From: an uncultured Pseudomonadales bacterium
Lineage (GTDB): Bacteria; Patescibacteriota; Microgenomatia; UBA1400; PJMF01
Reading direction: 5' to 3'
DNA: 58,257 nt
Assembly (NCBI GenBank): GCA_964653045.1
Contig: CAZZBW010000004.1
Location: forward strand, 1 to 58,257
Shown here in pieces: positions 50,787 through 58,257 of the stretch. Each line of letters opens with the position of its first letter. Position 1 is the first letter of the stretch. The notes below the pieces were generated by a model. It was not told the origin of the DNA. It saw only the letters and a program-made list of their open reading frames with translations, and made no database searches. The position numbers and the translations under genes were made by a program.

Positions 50787-51836
50787 ATGATAGCAAGACC
50801 AACAAGTGTGCTCAAGCAAGCTATTCGTACCAGTCCGATATCTTATTATCGTCTTGCACTTAGATATTCTAGATTAACTTCAGATAAAATTCGATTTTCT
50901 ACACCAGTGCGTCTTGTAAAAGAGCAAACGAAGAATACTGTAAAAAATATTTTTGTAATTATCCTACGTGCTCGTTTTTTTTATCGTATGAAAAATGTCA
51001 GGTATCGAGTGCTTGCTAAGACTAATAAACCAAAAGTTGACGTGAGTGTGTTAGTACCAACCTATGGCTCAGTGGAGAACATAACCAGATTGCTCACGTC
51101 CTTGAGTAAGCACCGCCAGATGAACTGTAGCTTTGAGGTTATTGTATGCAATGACTTGCCAGAAGAAGAATCGGCGATTGTTGATTGGACGCAAAGATCA
51201 AAAAAGTTACTTCAAGAACTGAATGCAACTGTGCTAACTGGATCTCATAACTGTGGTTTTGTACCAACCATCAATAAGCTTGTGTCAATCGCGCATGGAA
51301 AATATGTTTGCTTGCTCAATGACGATATAGAAATTTTAAATTCTCAGTGGCTGGACAGCCTTATCTCTGAGCTCAATAAGCCGAATGTTTGGGTAGCGGG
51401 TAGCTATTTGATCTTTCCGAACAGAGTGGCCGTCCAACACGCCGGCATGTACCCGTTTCGTAAGACTGATGGAGAGATATATAATTATCACTACTATAAA
51501 CTTTTCAATGTCAAGTATTCTGAAATATTAACACGCACAGTACCAATGGTGACTGGAGCAGCTTTGCTCATACGAAAGACTCACTTTGAAGAACTGGGTG
51601 GTCTTGATCACAACTATCTTGGTGCAGCTGGATTTGATGATTCAGATCTCTGCAACTCTGTGCGCCAACGTGGAAAAAACATCGTATTTTGTAAAGAGAG
51701 CACGTTGATTCATTACGAAGGAGCTTCTGTCAAACACCTCTCTAGAGCTCAACAGTGGCTTTTTGTACACAATCATCACTATTATCAGCAAAAGTGGTCA
51801 CAGTATTTAGAGTCAGAATATCCAGAATATGTCTAA
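50787..51836 (+). CDS. Glycosyltransferase family 2 (with an N-terminal extension)
   Basis: 349 aa. VSVLVPTYGS, VCNDLPEEES, CLLNDDIEI and DDSDLC motifs. The catalytic domain starts near residue 84, so the alternative start MKNVRYR at 50988 is possible. Confidence 0.85.
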   Translation: MIARPTSVLKQAIRTSPISYYRLALRYSRLTSDKIRFSTPVRLVKEQTKNTVKNIFVIILRARFFYRMKNVRYRVLAKTNKPKVDVSVLVPTYGSVENITRLLTSLSKHRQMNCSFEVIVCNDLPEEESAIVDWTQRSKKLLQELNATVLTGSHNCGFVPTINKLVSIAHGKYVCLLNDDIEILNSQWLDSLISELNKPNVWVAGSYLIFPNRVAVQHAGMYPFRKTDGEIYNYHYYKLFNVKYSEILTRTVPMVTGAALLIRKTHFEELGGLDHNYLGAAGFDDSDLCNSVRQRGKNIVFCKESTLIHYEGASVKHLSRAQQWLFVHNHHYYQQKWSQYLESEYPEYV

Positions 51837-53064
51837 ACAAAAAGTACTTTATATTGTTCACGGCTTACCTCCAGAATCTAGGGGGGGAACCGAAGTATAT
51901 ACCTCCAATTTATTTGCTGAGTTCAAAAAAAGTACTCGTTACCAACCGTTGGTACTAACCCGATCAAACACAACTCCCTACTGGCTCAATGCAGTATGGG
52001 GTGACGAAAACGACCCACATCTGTTTCATATTCATACTGTACTATCAGATATTTTTTCTTTGCTTAATCCTGCAACAGATGATGCTTTTAAAGAATTCCT
52101 AATTAATATTCAACCAGATATCATTCATTTTCAACATTACTTCAATTTATCAATATCATGGTTAAAAATAGCGAAAGAATTATTTCCGAATGTACCACTG
52201 ATTTTAACAACCCATGAATTTTTGGCATTATGTCCCAATTCTGGTCTTATGATCAAAACCAAATGGCAAGGAAATGCCCTATGTAGTCGATCATCTGCTG
52301 AGGATTGCGCCCACTGTTTTCCTAACCTATTAAAACGTACCTTTGTAAAGAGAGAGCGAACTGTCAGACAGATGTTTGGTTATTTAGATCTATGTATTGG
52401 ACCCTCAGCATTTATCAAAGATCGTTATGTAGATTGGGGCTTTCCTGAGTCAAAATTTATTGTTTCAGAAAATGGTCAGCACCACTTCACGCCTCTAATA
52501 AATAATACTCAAGGGAATAAGTTGCGATTATGTTACTTTGGTCAAATAAATTGGCATAAAGGTTTGCATGTACTATTGAGTGCAATGGAACGAATTAAAG
52601 ACCACCGAGATATTACATTGGATGTATATGGTTTGATGCAAGACAATCAGGAATATAACAAACGAGTAATTACTCAAATGAAAAAATTGCCAAGTGTAAA
52701 CTATCATGGTTCGTATAATTCTGATCAAATTCCGACAATATTGAGTAAAACCGACTTAACAGTTGTACCATCTGTATGGTGGGAAAATTCTCCGTTAGTT
52801 ATTCAAGAAAGTTTTATCGGGAAAGTACCTGTATTATGCTCGAATATTGGCGGCATGGCTGAGAAGGTTGTGGATGGTAAGTCTGGAATTCATTTTGCTG
52901 TCGGTAATAGTCAAGATTTAGCAGATAAAATAGTGCAGTTATATAATGATAAGACTCTGCTCAAGAAATTGATTGCCGGCATAAAACCTGTCAAGACGAT
53001 CAAAGAAAATAGAATTGAGTTGGAAAACGTGTACAACACACTTTTGAAAGACAGAGCTAGCTAA
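51829..53064 (+). CDS. Glycosyltransferase family 4
   Basis: 411 aa. KVLYIVHGLPPESRGGTEVY N-terminus and WWENSPLVIQESFIGKVPVLCSNIGGMAEKVVDGKSGIHF motif. 8-nt overlap with the upstream GT2. Confidence 0.85.
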   Translation: MSKQKVLYIVHGLPPESRGGTEVYTSNLFAEFKKSTRYQPLVLTRSNTTPYWLNAVWGDENDPHLFHIHTVLSDIFSLLNPATDDAFKEFLINIQPDIIHFQHYFNLSISWLKIAKELFPNVPLILTTHEFLALCPNSGLMIKTKWQGNALCSRSSAEDCAHCFPNLLKRTFVKRERTVRQMFGYLDLCIGPSAFIKDRYVDWGFPESKFIVSENGQHHFTPLINNTQGNKLRLCYFGQINWHKGLHVLLSAMERIKDHRDITLDVYGLMQDNQEYNKRVITQMKKLPSVNYHGSYNSDQIPTILSKTDLTVVPSVWWENSPLVIQESFIGKVPVLCSNIGGMAEKVVDGKSGIHFAVGNSQDLADKIVQLYNDKTLLKKLIAGIKPVKTIKENRIELENVYNTLLKDRAS

Positions 53065-53075
53065 ACGAGAAAGCT

Positions 53076-53300
53076 CTAATTCGGTGCTTTAAATGCTATT
53101 CCCTCATATCTCCAGACAAATTCAGGGTAAGTGGCAATAATCAGGTTTTTTTCGTCTTCGAATGCGGTGTAGAAATGAGCCTGATTTTGATCACTCCAGA
53201 AACGATAAATGGGGCTTGATGCGACTGAGGTACCAGAAGGGAAGACATAGTAGGCTATTCCTTCATATCTCCAAACGTACTCTGGATAAGTGGCAATAAT
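53076..53300 (-). repeat. 225-bp segment identical to 54620-54844 (3' end of paralogous repeat-module coding sequence)
   Basis: Base-by-base comparison of the two stretches shows identity from the stop codon through ...GTGGCAATAAT. Divergence begins at 53301 / 54845. Confidence 0.95.
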
Positions 53301-54587
53301 CAGGTTTTTCTCGTCTTCGAATGCGGTGTAAAAATGCGCTTGGTTTTGGTCGCTCCAAAAACGATAGAGCGGAACTGTGCCTTGGGTTTGAGTACCAAAT
53401 GCCCTATATGCAACAGATTCGTATCTCCATACATATGGATCATATGAATTAACAATTAAAGTTAACTCATCGTCATGAGTTGTGTAAAAGTGTGCTTGGT
53501 TCTGATCGCTCCAGAATCTATAAACACGTTTAGATGTGGTAACGAGTCCTTCAAAGGTTGCATAAACTGTATGACTGGAATCTATGTTTGAAAAAGTGTA
53601 ATAATTAATAGGTCCAACACTGACACCATCTATTTGTACATCAGCAATTTGATATCCAGAGTTTGGGGTAATGTTAACAGTTAAAGAACTACCTGATGAT
53701 ACTGTTTGTGACGTTGTAATTGATCCATTGCTTCCTGATGTTGTTGAAATTTGATAATCAGCTACATACAATACAGGCTCAACTGATACATTATCAAGGT
53801 AGAAAGCTATTGAGCAGTTTGGGTCATCATTAATATGAAGGAAGTCTATATATACATCATGTGAACCAATTTGCGAAATGTTAGCGACTGTTGACGCAAG
53901 AAAACTTGTTTGGACATAATTGTAATCCCATGCGTCAAGCTCAGCGTCATGTGCATTTACTACATAAGTTACATTTCTGTCAGTATCAGTAATATATACT
54001 CCAACACCATTGGTACCATAAGCATAATCACAACTACCAAAATATACTAATCTATAAGCATAACTGATTCTGAAATCTACTGTATTACTTGGTACCTGCG
54101 AAGAGTTCGATATAAGCCAATCAAAATCCGTCAAATAAGCATACCAACTATTATATCCACCACTGCCAGCACTAATAATGAAATCATAATCTACCCAATT
54201 GCCTGCGCTGTTTAAATATAATTCTTGCCAACCAGTATGCCCTAATTCAAAGTTTCCATTTTGAAGAATATTGCTGGAATAACTATATGACGACGTATCT
54301 ACATCATTCGAAAGTTGATAAGTACTTACATTATCTTTAAGATCTACGGTTTGAAAATCTTCAAAAAGCTGTTTTTTAGAAATATAATCATCACTGAGCA
54401 GAGTTTCAGACGATTGTGATAACTCAAAATCTGTATTATTTGATAATTTATGGTCCTTAGTTTTTTTGTAGAACTCGAAATCCGAGTCCACTAAAGAGTT
54501 ACTAGCATAAGCAGAGGAAAAATTATTAAGTAGCAAGCAGATAACAATAAAACTTAGTTTGAATAATAATTTATATCCAAATATCAT
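53076..54587 (-). CDS. Secreted protein: signal peptide, CBM4_9-like jelly-roll, InlB-B-repeat-like Ig domain and 3 C-terminal YRFWSDQNQAHFYT repeat modules
   Basis: 503 aa. Signal peptide ending AYA/S. NGNFELGHTGWQ...FYLDNVSVEP resembles carbohydrate-binding jelly-roll modules. SGSNGSITTS...NITPNSGYQIADVQIDGVSV resembles divergent InlB B-repeats. Three ~45-aa repeats are shared with the neighbouring protease. Confidence 0.75.
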   Translation of the reverse strand: MIFGYKLLFKLSFIVICLLLNNFSSAYASNSLVDSDFEFYKKTKDHKLSNNTDFELSQSSETLLSDDYISKKQLFEDFQTVDLKDNVSTYQLSNDVDTSSYSYSSNILQNGNFELGHTGWQELYLNSAGNWVDYDFIISAGSGGYNSWYAYLTDFDWLISNSSQVPSNTVDFRISYAYRLVYFGSCDYAYGTNGVGVYITDTDRNVTYVVNAHDAELDAWDYNYVQTSFLASTVANISQIGSHDVYIDFLHINDDPNCSIAFYLDNVSVEPVLYVADYQISTTSGSNGSITTSQTVSSGSSLTVNITPNSGYQIADVQIDGVSVGPINYYTFSNIDSSHTVYATFEGLVTTSKRVYRFWSDQNQAHFYTTHDDELTLIVNSYDPYVWRYESVAYRAFGTQTQGTVPLYRFWSDQNQAHFYTAFEDEKNLIIATYPEYVWRYEGIAYYVFPSGTSVASSPIYRFWSDQNQAHFYTAFEDEKNLIIATYPEFVWRYEGIAFKAPN

Positions 54588-54619
54588 TATTGTTTCCTTA
54601 TGGCTGAATATTACTCGAA

Positions 54620-54844
54620 CTAATTCGGTGCTTTAAATGCTATTCCCTCATATCTCCAGACAAATTCAGGGTAAGTGGCAATAATCAGGTTTTTTTCGTC
54701 TTCGAATGCGGTGTAGAAATGAGCCTGATTTTGATCACTCCAGAAACGATAAATGGGGCTTGATGCGACTGAGGTACCAGAAGGGAAGACATAGTAGGCT
54801 ATTCCTTCATATCTCCAAACGTACTCTGGATAAGTGGCAATAAT
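54620..54844 (-). repeat. 225-bp segment identical to 53076-53300
   Basis: Same comparison as for 53076-53300. The two copies are direct repeats 1544 bp apart. Confidence 0.95.
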
Positions 54845-57184
54845 TAGGTCTTTCTCGTCCTCAAAAGCAGTGTAGAAGTGAGCTTGATTTTGGTCGCTCC
54901 AAAAACGATATACAGGTGTTGAGTTTGGCCTGCTAGTACTATACGCAGAATAAGCTATTCCCTCATATCTCCAAACGTACTCTGGATAAGTGGCGATAAT
55001 CAGGTTTTTCTCGTCTTCGAATGCAGTGTAGAAATGAGCCTGGTTTTGATCACTCCAAAAGCGATAAACTGGCTTAAGAGTACTATCTGCTTCTAAAGTA
55101 GCACGATATGCATTGAGACGTTTACCACTGACTGTGGTAGAAGTGAAGGTACTTTTGCTGTCACCAGTTGAAGTAAGAATATTTTTAACTTGGCTGGCGG
55201 TAAGTGTGCTATCTGTGTTATAGACTAGAGCCGCTGCCCCTGCCACGTGTGGCGTGGCCATTGAAGTACCGTCATTAGAAGTGTAGGTATTTACAGGCGC
55301 AGTTTTGGTATTAATCTGCAATTCGTCAATGTAACAACCATTGCCAGTTGAGCCGTAGTCAGAAGCATCAGTAACCCAGTGGAAGCGCATCCGAAAGTTA
55401 TCATTGATATACATTGATGGTAGCTCATAGGTTAAGTAAGCAAGTGAATAATCCCCATCACGAAGACCCAAATCTTCCAGAGCTACCTCATCCCAACGTA
55501 ACGCTTCCGTATAACTTGACCCATCGGCACTAATTTCAAGAGCCATATAATCTTGAGAAACATCAGAAGCAAGTTCAGTATCACAGGCCGTGATAAAGCT
55601 AATTTCTGCCCCATTATAGGCACCGATAGAGATGACAGATGTGGTGATTAAAGAGTCTGTGTTAGGCAAATAGGGAGTATTTAAATCACTAAACAAAACC
55701 GTTTGCAAGCCAGAAGAGCTTGTCCCCCAAAAATCAGTTGATGACCAAAAATTGGGAATGTTGGGTGTAACAAGAGAATCAAAATCCTCATCAAGGGGCA
55801 GTCCGTCCGTAGTGGTAAATCCAGTACTGACAATGTTAGAGCCGGGAGCGGCAATGTCGACTGCCACACTTCCATAGTTGGAATAATCTGCCAGAGCATC
55901 AGTATGAGTTGAAGCAGCTACGCAGATGATGTTAGGTGAAGTGAACGCACATGGATACATTGGATAAGTGGCAAGATTCACGCTATCGTTACCAGCGGCG
56001 GTCACAAATAGGCCGGGAAAGCCATCAATCGCAGCTTTCAAGGCGGTGTCATTGCCGTAACCACCCCAACTAGCGTTAATGATGTTGGCATCGTTGTATC
56101 GTGCAAAGTTGACACTTTTGATATTTCCCAGTGAAGTCAAATCAGTTTTAATTGCCATAATCTTGGCAGAAGGCGCTACTCCAGCCGTACCCATACCATT
56201 ATTTTTGATAGCGGCAATCGTACCAGCCACGTGAGTACCGTGCTCGCTCATGCTTGGGTAGGGTGTACCATCATTGTCTAGATAGTCATAGCCGTGCGAA
56301 CAAAAGCCGATATAATTATGACTGTCGCTGACACATTCTCTACCATTCCACATATTGTCGACTAAATCAGGGTGGTCGTAGCTGACACCCGTATCGATCA
56401 CCGCCACAATTGTGTCTGCACCGACAGAATAATTCCAGGCTTCAGGCGCATCGATATCAGCATCGATTACACCAGGTACGGCATCATAGGTTTGACCAGT
56501 ATTGGAAAGTCCCCAAAGCTGGGTCGAGTAGGTGTCATTTGTGCCTATGCTCTGCAGTTGGTAAATATAATTTGGTTGGGCGTACTCAATGTTTTCATCT
56601 TGTTCTAGCTCTTCAATTAAACGGGAGACTGTCCGGGCGTCACTGGCGCGGAGGAGGCCAAAGTTCATCGTTTCAGCCTGATCAACTAACTCTAATTGTC
56701 GGCTTTGAGCTAGCTGGCTGGCGCGTTCTCTACCTGAGATAGAGCTGAGATTTACTTTATCTGTTTTGTACTTAACCAAGACCTCACCCGGCCGATATTG
56801 AGCCTGACCCGGTTTGGGTTTGGGATCGAAACTCATCAGGGGAAATTGGCGTTTGGGTGTGGCAGAAAGCTCTACTGTTGAATTGGTTTTCGATTCGTTC
56901 ACAACGTCTTTGGTTACTGATGGCGTAATTGTGACAGATGGTGGGCTGGAAACTTCAGCTGTGGGTGTAGTTGAAGGGGTGATAGTTGGCGTGAGTGTTA
57001 GAGTAGGTGTAAGTAGCTCACCAGCTGGAATGGTCGGAGTGAGGGTCAGGGTGACGATGGGAAAAGTCAATTCCGCGGGTGAAGAAGCAGTCTCGGGTGT
57101 AGGCGCAGTGTCTTGGCTGAAGGCGGTGTGAGTGAAAATCGGAAAAAGAAGTACAAAAATTAATAACCCGATAAATTTATGCAT
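54620..57184 (-). CDS. Secreted subtilisin-like serine protease (peptidase S8) with a Thr/Pro-rich linker, propeptide, inserted ~184-aa domain and 3 C-terminal repeat modules
   Basis: 854 aa with a signal peptide. Catalytic triad motifs VAVIDTGV (Asp codon 56393-56395), HGTHVAGTIAA (His 56240-56242) and GTSMATPHVAGAAAL (Ser 55262-55264). An I9-like propeptide (GEVLVKYK...IEYAQPNY). An SD-like AAGGGGA lies upstream of the ATG. Confidence 0.92.
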   Translation of the reverse strand: MHKFIGLLIFVLLFPIFTHTAFSQDTAPTPETASSPAELTFPIVTLTLTPTIPAGELLTPTLTLTPTITPSTTPTAEVSSPPSVTITPSVTKDVVNESKTNSTVELSATPKRQFPLMSFDPKPKPGQAQYRPGEVLVKYKTDKVNLSSISGRERASQLAQSRQLELVDQAETMNFGLLRASDARTVSRLIEELEQDENIEYAQPNYIYQLQSIGTNDTYSTQLWGLSNTGQTYDAVPGVIDADIDAPEAWNYSVGADTIVAVIDTGVSYDHPDLVDNMWNGRECVSDSHNYIGFCSHGYDYLDNDGTPYPSMSEHGTHVAGTIAAIKNNGMGTAGVAPSAKIMAIKTDLTSLGNIKSVNFARYNDANIINASWGGYGNDTALKAAIDGFPGLFVTAAGNDSVNLATYPMYPCAFTSPNIICVAASTHTDALADYSNYGSVAVDIAAPGSNIVSTGFTTTDGLPLDEDFDSLVTPNIPNFWSSTDFWGTSSSGLQTVLFSDLNTPYLPNTDSLITTSVISIGAYNGAEISFITACDTELASDVSQDYMALEISADGSSYTEALRWDEVALEDLGLRDGDYSLAYLTYELPSMYINDNFRMRFHWVTDASDYGSTGNGCYIDELQINTKTAPVNTYTSNDGTSMATPHVAGAAALVYNTDSTLTASQVKNILTSTGDSKSTFTSTTVSGKRLNAYRATLEADSTLKPVYRFWSDQNQAHFYTAFEDEKNLIIATYPEYVWRYEGIAYSAYSTSRPNSTPVYRFWSDQNQAHFYTAFEDEKDLIIATYPEYVWRYEGIAYYVFPSGTSVASSPIYRFWSDQNQAHFYTAFEDEKNLIIATYPEFVWRYEGIAFKAPN

Positions 57185-57220
57185 TTAACGCTTCCCCTTT
57201 CAATATTTTTCAATACTTTT

Positions 57221-57484
57221 TTAGGACATTTCAATCTTATACCCTTTTTTTTCAGAATTGTAGGTTAGCTTTTGTCCTGTTAGAGTTTCCAAGTGATCAA
57301 TCGATTGACCAGCCCAAGGTTTAACTTCCACCCAAGTATTACTCTCATAGAGAAATGCAGATAGTTTGCCGCTCGCATCCATGACTAAACCAGCACGGTA
57401 CTGGGTGTGACCAGTACCCTCGGGATAGGTCAACATTCTGTCTGCCGGATCTGTATTATTGGGTGAATCAATTTTTTCAGTCAT
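57221..57484 (-). CDS. Hypothetical small protein
   Basis: 87-aa ORF with an ATG start, immediately upstream of the protease gene on the same strand. No motif recognised. Confidence 0.5.
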   Translation of the reverse strand: MTEKIDSPNNTDPADRMLTYPEGTGHTQYRAGLVMDASGKLSAFLYESNTWVEVKPWAGQSIDHLETLTGQKLTYNSEKKGYKIEMS

Positions 57485-57597
57485 AAGATATTATCCCATA
57501 AAAAGTGCAGATTTTACATACTGCGCGGATCGTATCAGCGGATGATCAAAAATTTGCTGAATCGGTAGGTGGAGGCGATGCGGGCGAGATAGATAGC

Positions 57598-57682
57598 CTA
57601 ATTAGCGCTAATTGCGTAAATACGTTTTCCTAATTAGCGCCAATTGCGCTAGTATGTTAGCGGAATTAGCGCTAATTGCGCT
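57598..57682 (+). promoter_or_regulatory. Three copies of the palindrome-containing box AATTAGCGCTAATTGCG at exact 32-bp spacing (candidate operator or iteron array)
   Basis: Cores are at 57600-57616, 57632-57648 (one T-to-C mismatch) and 57664-57680. AATTAGCGCTAATT is a perfect 14-nt palindrome. The array ends about 30 nt upstream of the ATPase ATG at 57712. Confidence 0.8.
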
Positions 57683-57711
57683 AAGAGTGATTTTCTGCTA
57701 GAATAATTGTG

Positions 57712-58257
57712 ATGATTAAGCGCTTGATTGAACCTGATATAACTAAGCATTTGTTGAGTGATCACCAGGTAATAATTGTCTATGGACCTAGGAGAGTTGG
57801 TAAAACCACCCTGATCAATCACATCTTGGACTCAATTCCTCTCAAATCTCTGAGAATAAATGCCGAAGAACCGCGGTATACGCAAGACTTAGCTTCTCGG
57901 GATGTAGCTAGATTAACTGCCTTGGTGGGAGGCTACGATCTGGTATTTATTGACGAGGCGCAACATATAGAAAATGCCGGACTAGTGCTAAAACTCATTC
58001 ATGATCACATTCCTCAGGTGAAAGTTATTGCTTCGGGATCTAGCTCTTTTGATTTATCCCAAAGAGTCACAGAACCTCTGACCGGTAGAAAGTGGACATA
58101 TACCCTCCTACCCATTTCCTACCAAGAATTGGCCGCCCAGTATAATCAATACGAGCTAGGTCAGCAACTTGCGGAACGCTTGGTTTGGGGATCATATCCA
58201 GATATTTTTAATTACTCAAGTCTTCAGTCGCGACGAAAGTATTTAACCGAGCTTTCG
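57712..58257 (+). CDS. AAA_14 / DUF4143-type ATP-binding protein (partial; continues beyond the right window edge)
   Basis: My own translation from the ATG at 57712: MIKRLIEPDITKHLLSDHQVIIVYGPRRVGKTTL (Walker A) ... DLVFIDEAQHIEN (Walker B) ... VIASGSSSFDL ... TGRKWTYTLLPISYQEL. This is the typical N-terminal layout of the widespread AAA_14 plus DUF4143 ATPases. Open-ended, so absent from the ORF track. Confidence 0.8.
   Translation, partial: MIKRLIEPDITKHLLSDHQVIIVYGPRRVGKTTLINHILDSIPLKSLRINAEEPRYTQDLASRDVARLTALVGGYDLVFIDEAQHIENAGLVLKLIHDHIPQVKVIASGSSSFDLSQRVTEPLTGRKWTYTLLPISYQELAAQYNQYELGQQLAERLVWGSYPDIFNYSSLQSRRKYLTELS

Noticed and set aside
53076-54844. Whether the two identical 225-bp segments are terminal repeats of an insertion sequence or transposon.
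   Set aside because: They are direct rather than inverted, and each is the in-frame 3' end (including the stop codon) of a secreted-protein gene. The DNA between them encodes no transposase. Gene conversion between paralogous repeat modules explains them.
57598-57693. Whether the three 32-bp-spaced repeats form a miniature CRISPR array.
   Set aside because: The repeat cores are only ~17-20 nt, with spacers of ~12-15 nt and only three units. No cas genes or leader-like context are present. The geometry fits operator or iteron sites far better.
1-58257. Alternative genetic code (UGA recoding, as in some CPR lineages).
   Set aside because: Long uninterrupted ORFs with complete family motifs are obtained under the standard code, and several genes end in TGA at sensible positions (for example 41397-41399). 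There is no sign of ORF fragmentation at TGA.
1-58257. tRNA, rRNA, tmRNA, riboswitch, integrase, transposase and cas genes.
   Set aside because: The intergenic regions are short (mostly under 180 nt). None showed a tRNA-like T-arm (GGTTCGAAT-type) or acceptor pairing that I could recognise. No ORF showed integrase, transposase or Cas motifs. Covariance-model scans would be needed for certainty.

Overview
Bacterial window using the standard genetic code, densely coded, with many 1-25 nt gene overlaps. All calls come from reading the supplied translations and DNA by eye; no searches or computations were run. The gene content is reminiscent of a small-genome Patescibacteria/CPR-type or Gram-positive-type organism, which is inference only.

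Layout:
(1) 1-4.9 kb, minus strand: dcw cluster mraZ-rsmH-ftsL-ftsI-murE, then a MurC-like start running off the left edge.
(2) 5-10 kb: a membrane-anchored orphan, glyQS, recO and a DUF4012-like protein.
(3) 10-29 kb: a very large envelope-glycan locus. It holds a small phosphoglycosyl transferase, manC, GT4 and GT2 enzymes, two ArnT/PMT-like GT-C proteins, an O-antigen-ligase-like protein and an acetyltransferase. ruvC-ruvA-ruvB is embedded in it and is split by an AT-rich orphan gene on the opposite strand.
(4) 29-30 kb: UDP-glucuronate decarboxylase.
(5) 30.0-35.5 kb: an island of six genes without recognisable envelope function. It includes a PD-(D/E)xK-like protein, an HTH-tailed protein and a NYN/LabA-like RNase. 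This is my best candidate for an undescribed conflict or defence-type system.
(6) 35.6-46.5 kb: a frameshifted UPF0104 flippase-like gene, then a tightly overlapping plus-strand operon. It reads as a three-component (GtrB/CsbB-like GT2, GtrA-like, giant GT-C) extracytoplasmic glycosylation system. It also carries an FrhB-family Fe-S flavoprotein, an orphan toroid-like enzyme and a cytidylyltransferase.
(7) 46.5-53 kb: fcl, GT2/GT4 genes and a methyltransferase / coiled-coil / glycosyltransferase fusion. Its coiled coil is encoded by a 42-bp (two-heptad) tandem repeat.
(8) 53-57.2 kb: two secreted proteins, a CBM-like protein and an S8 protease, sharing a triple C-terminal repeat module and a 225-bp identical 3' end.
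(9) 57.6-58.3 kb: three 32-bp-phased palindromic boxes upstream of a partial AAA_14/DUF4143-type ATPase.

I saw no rRNA, tRNA, CRISPR array, integrase or transposase.
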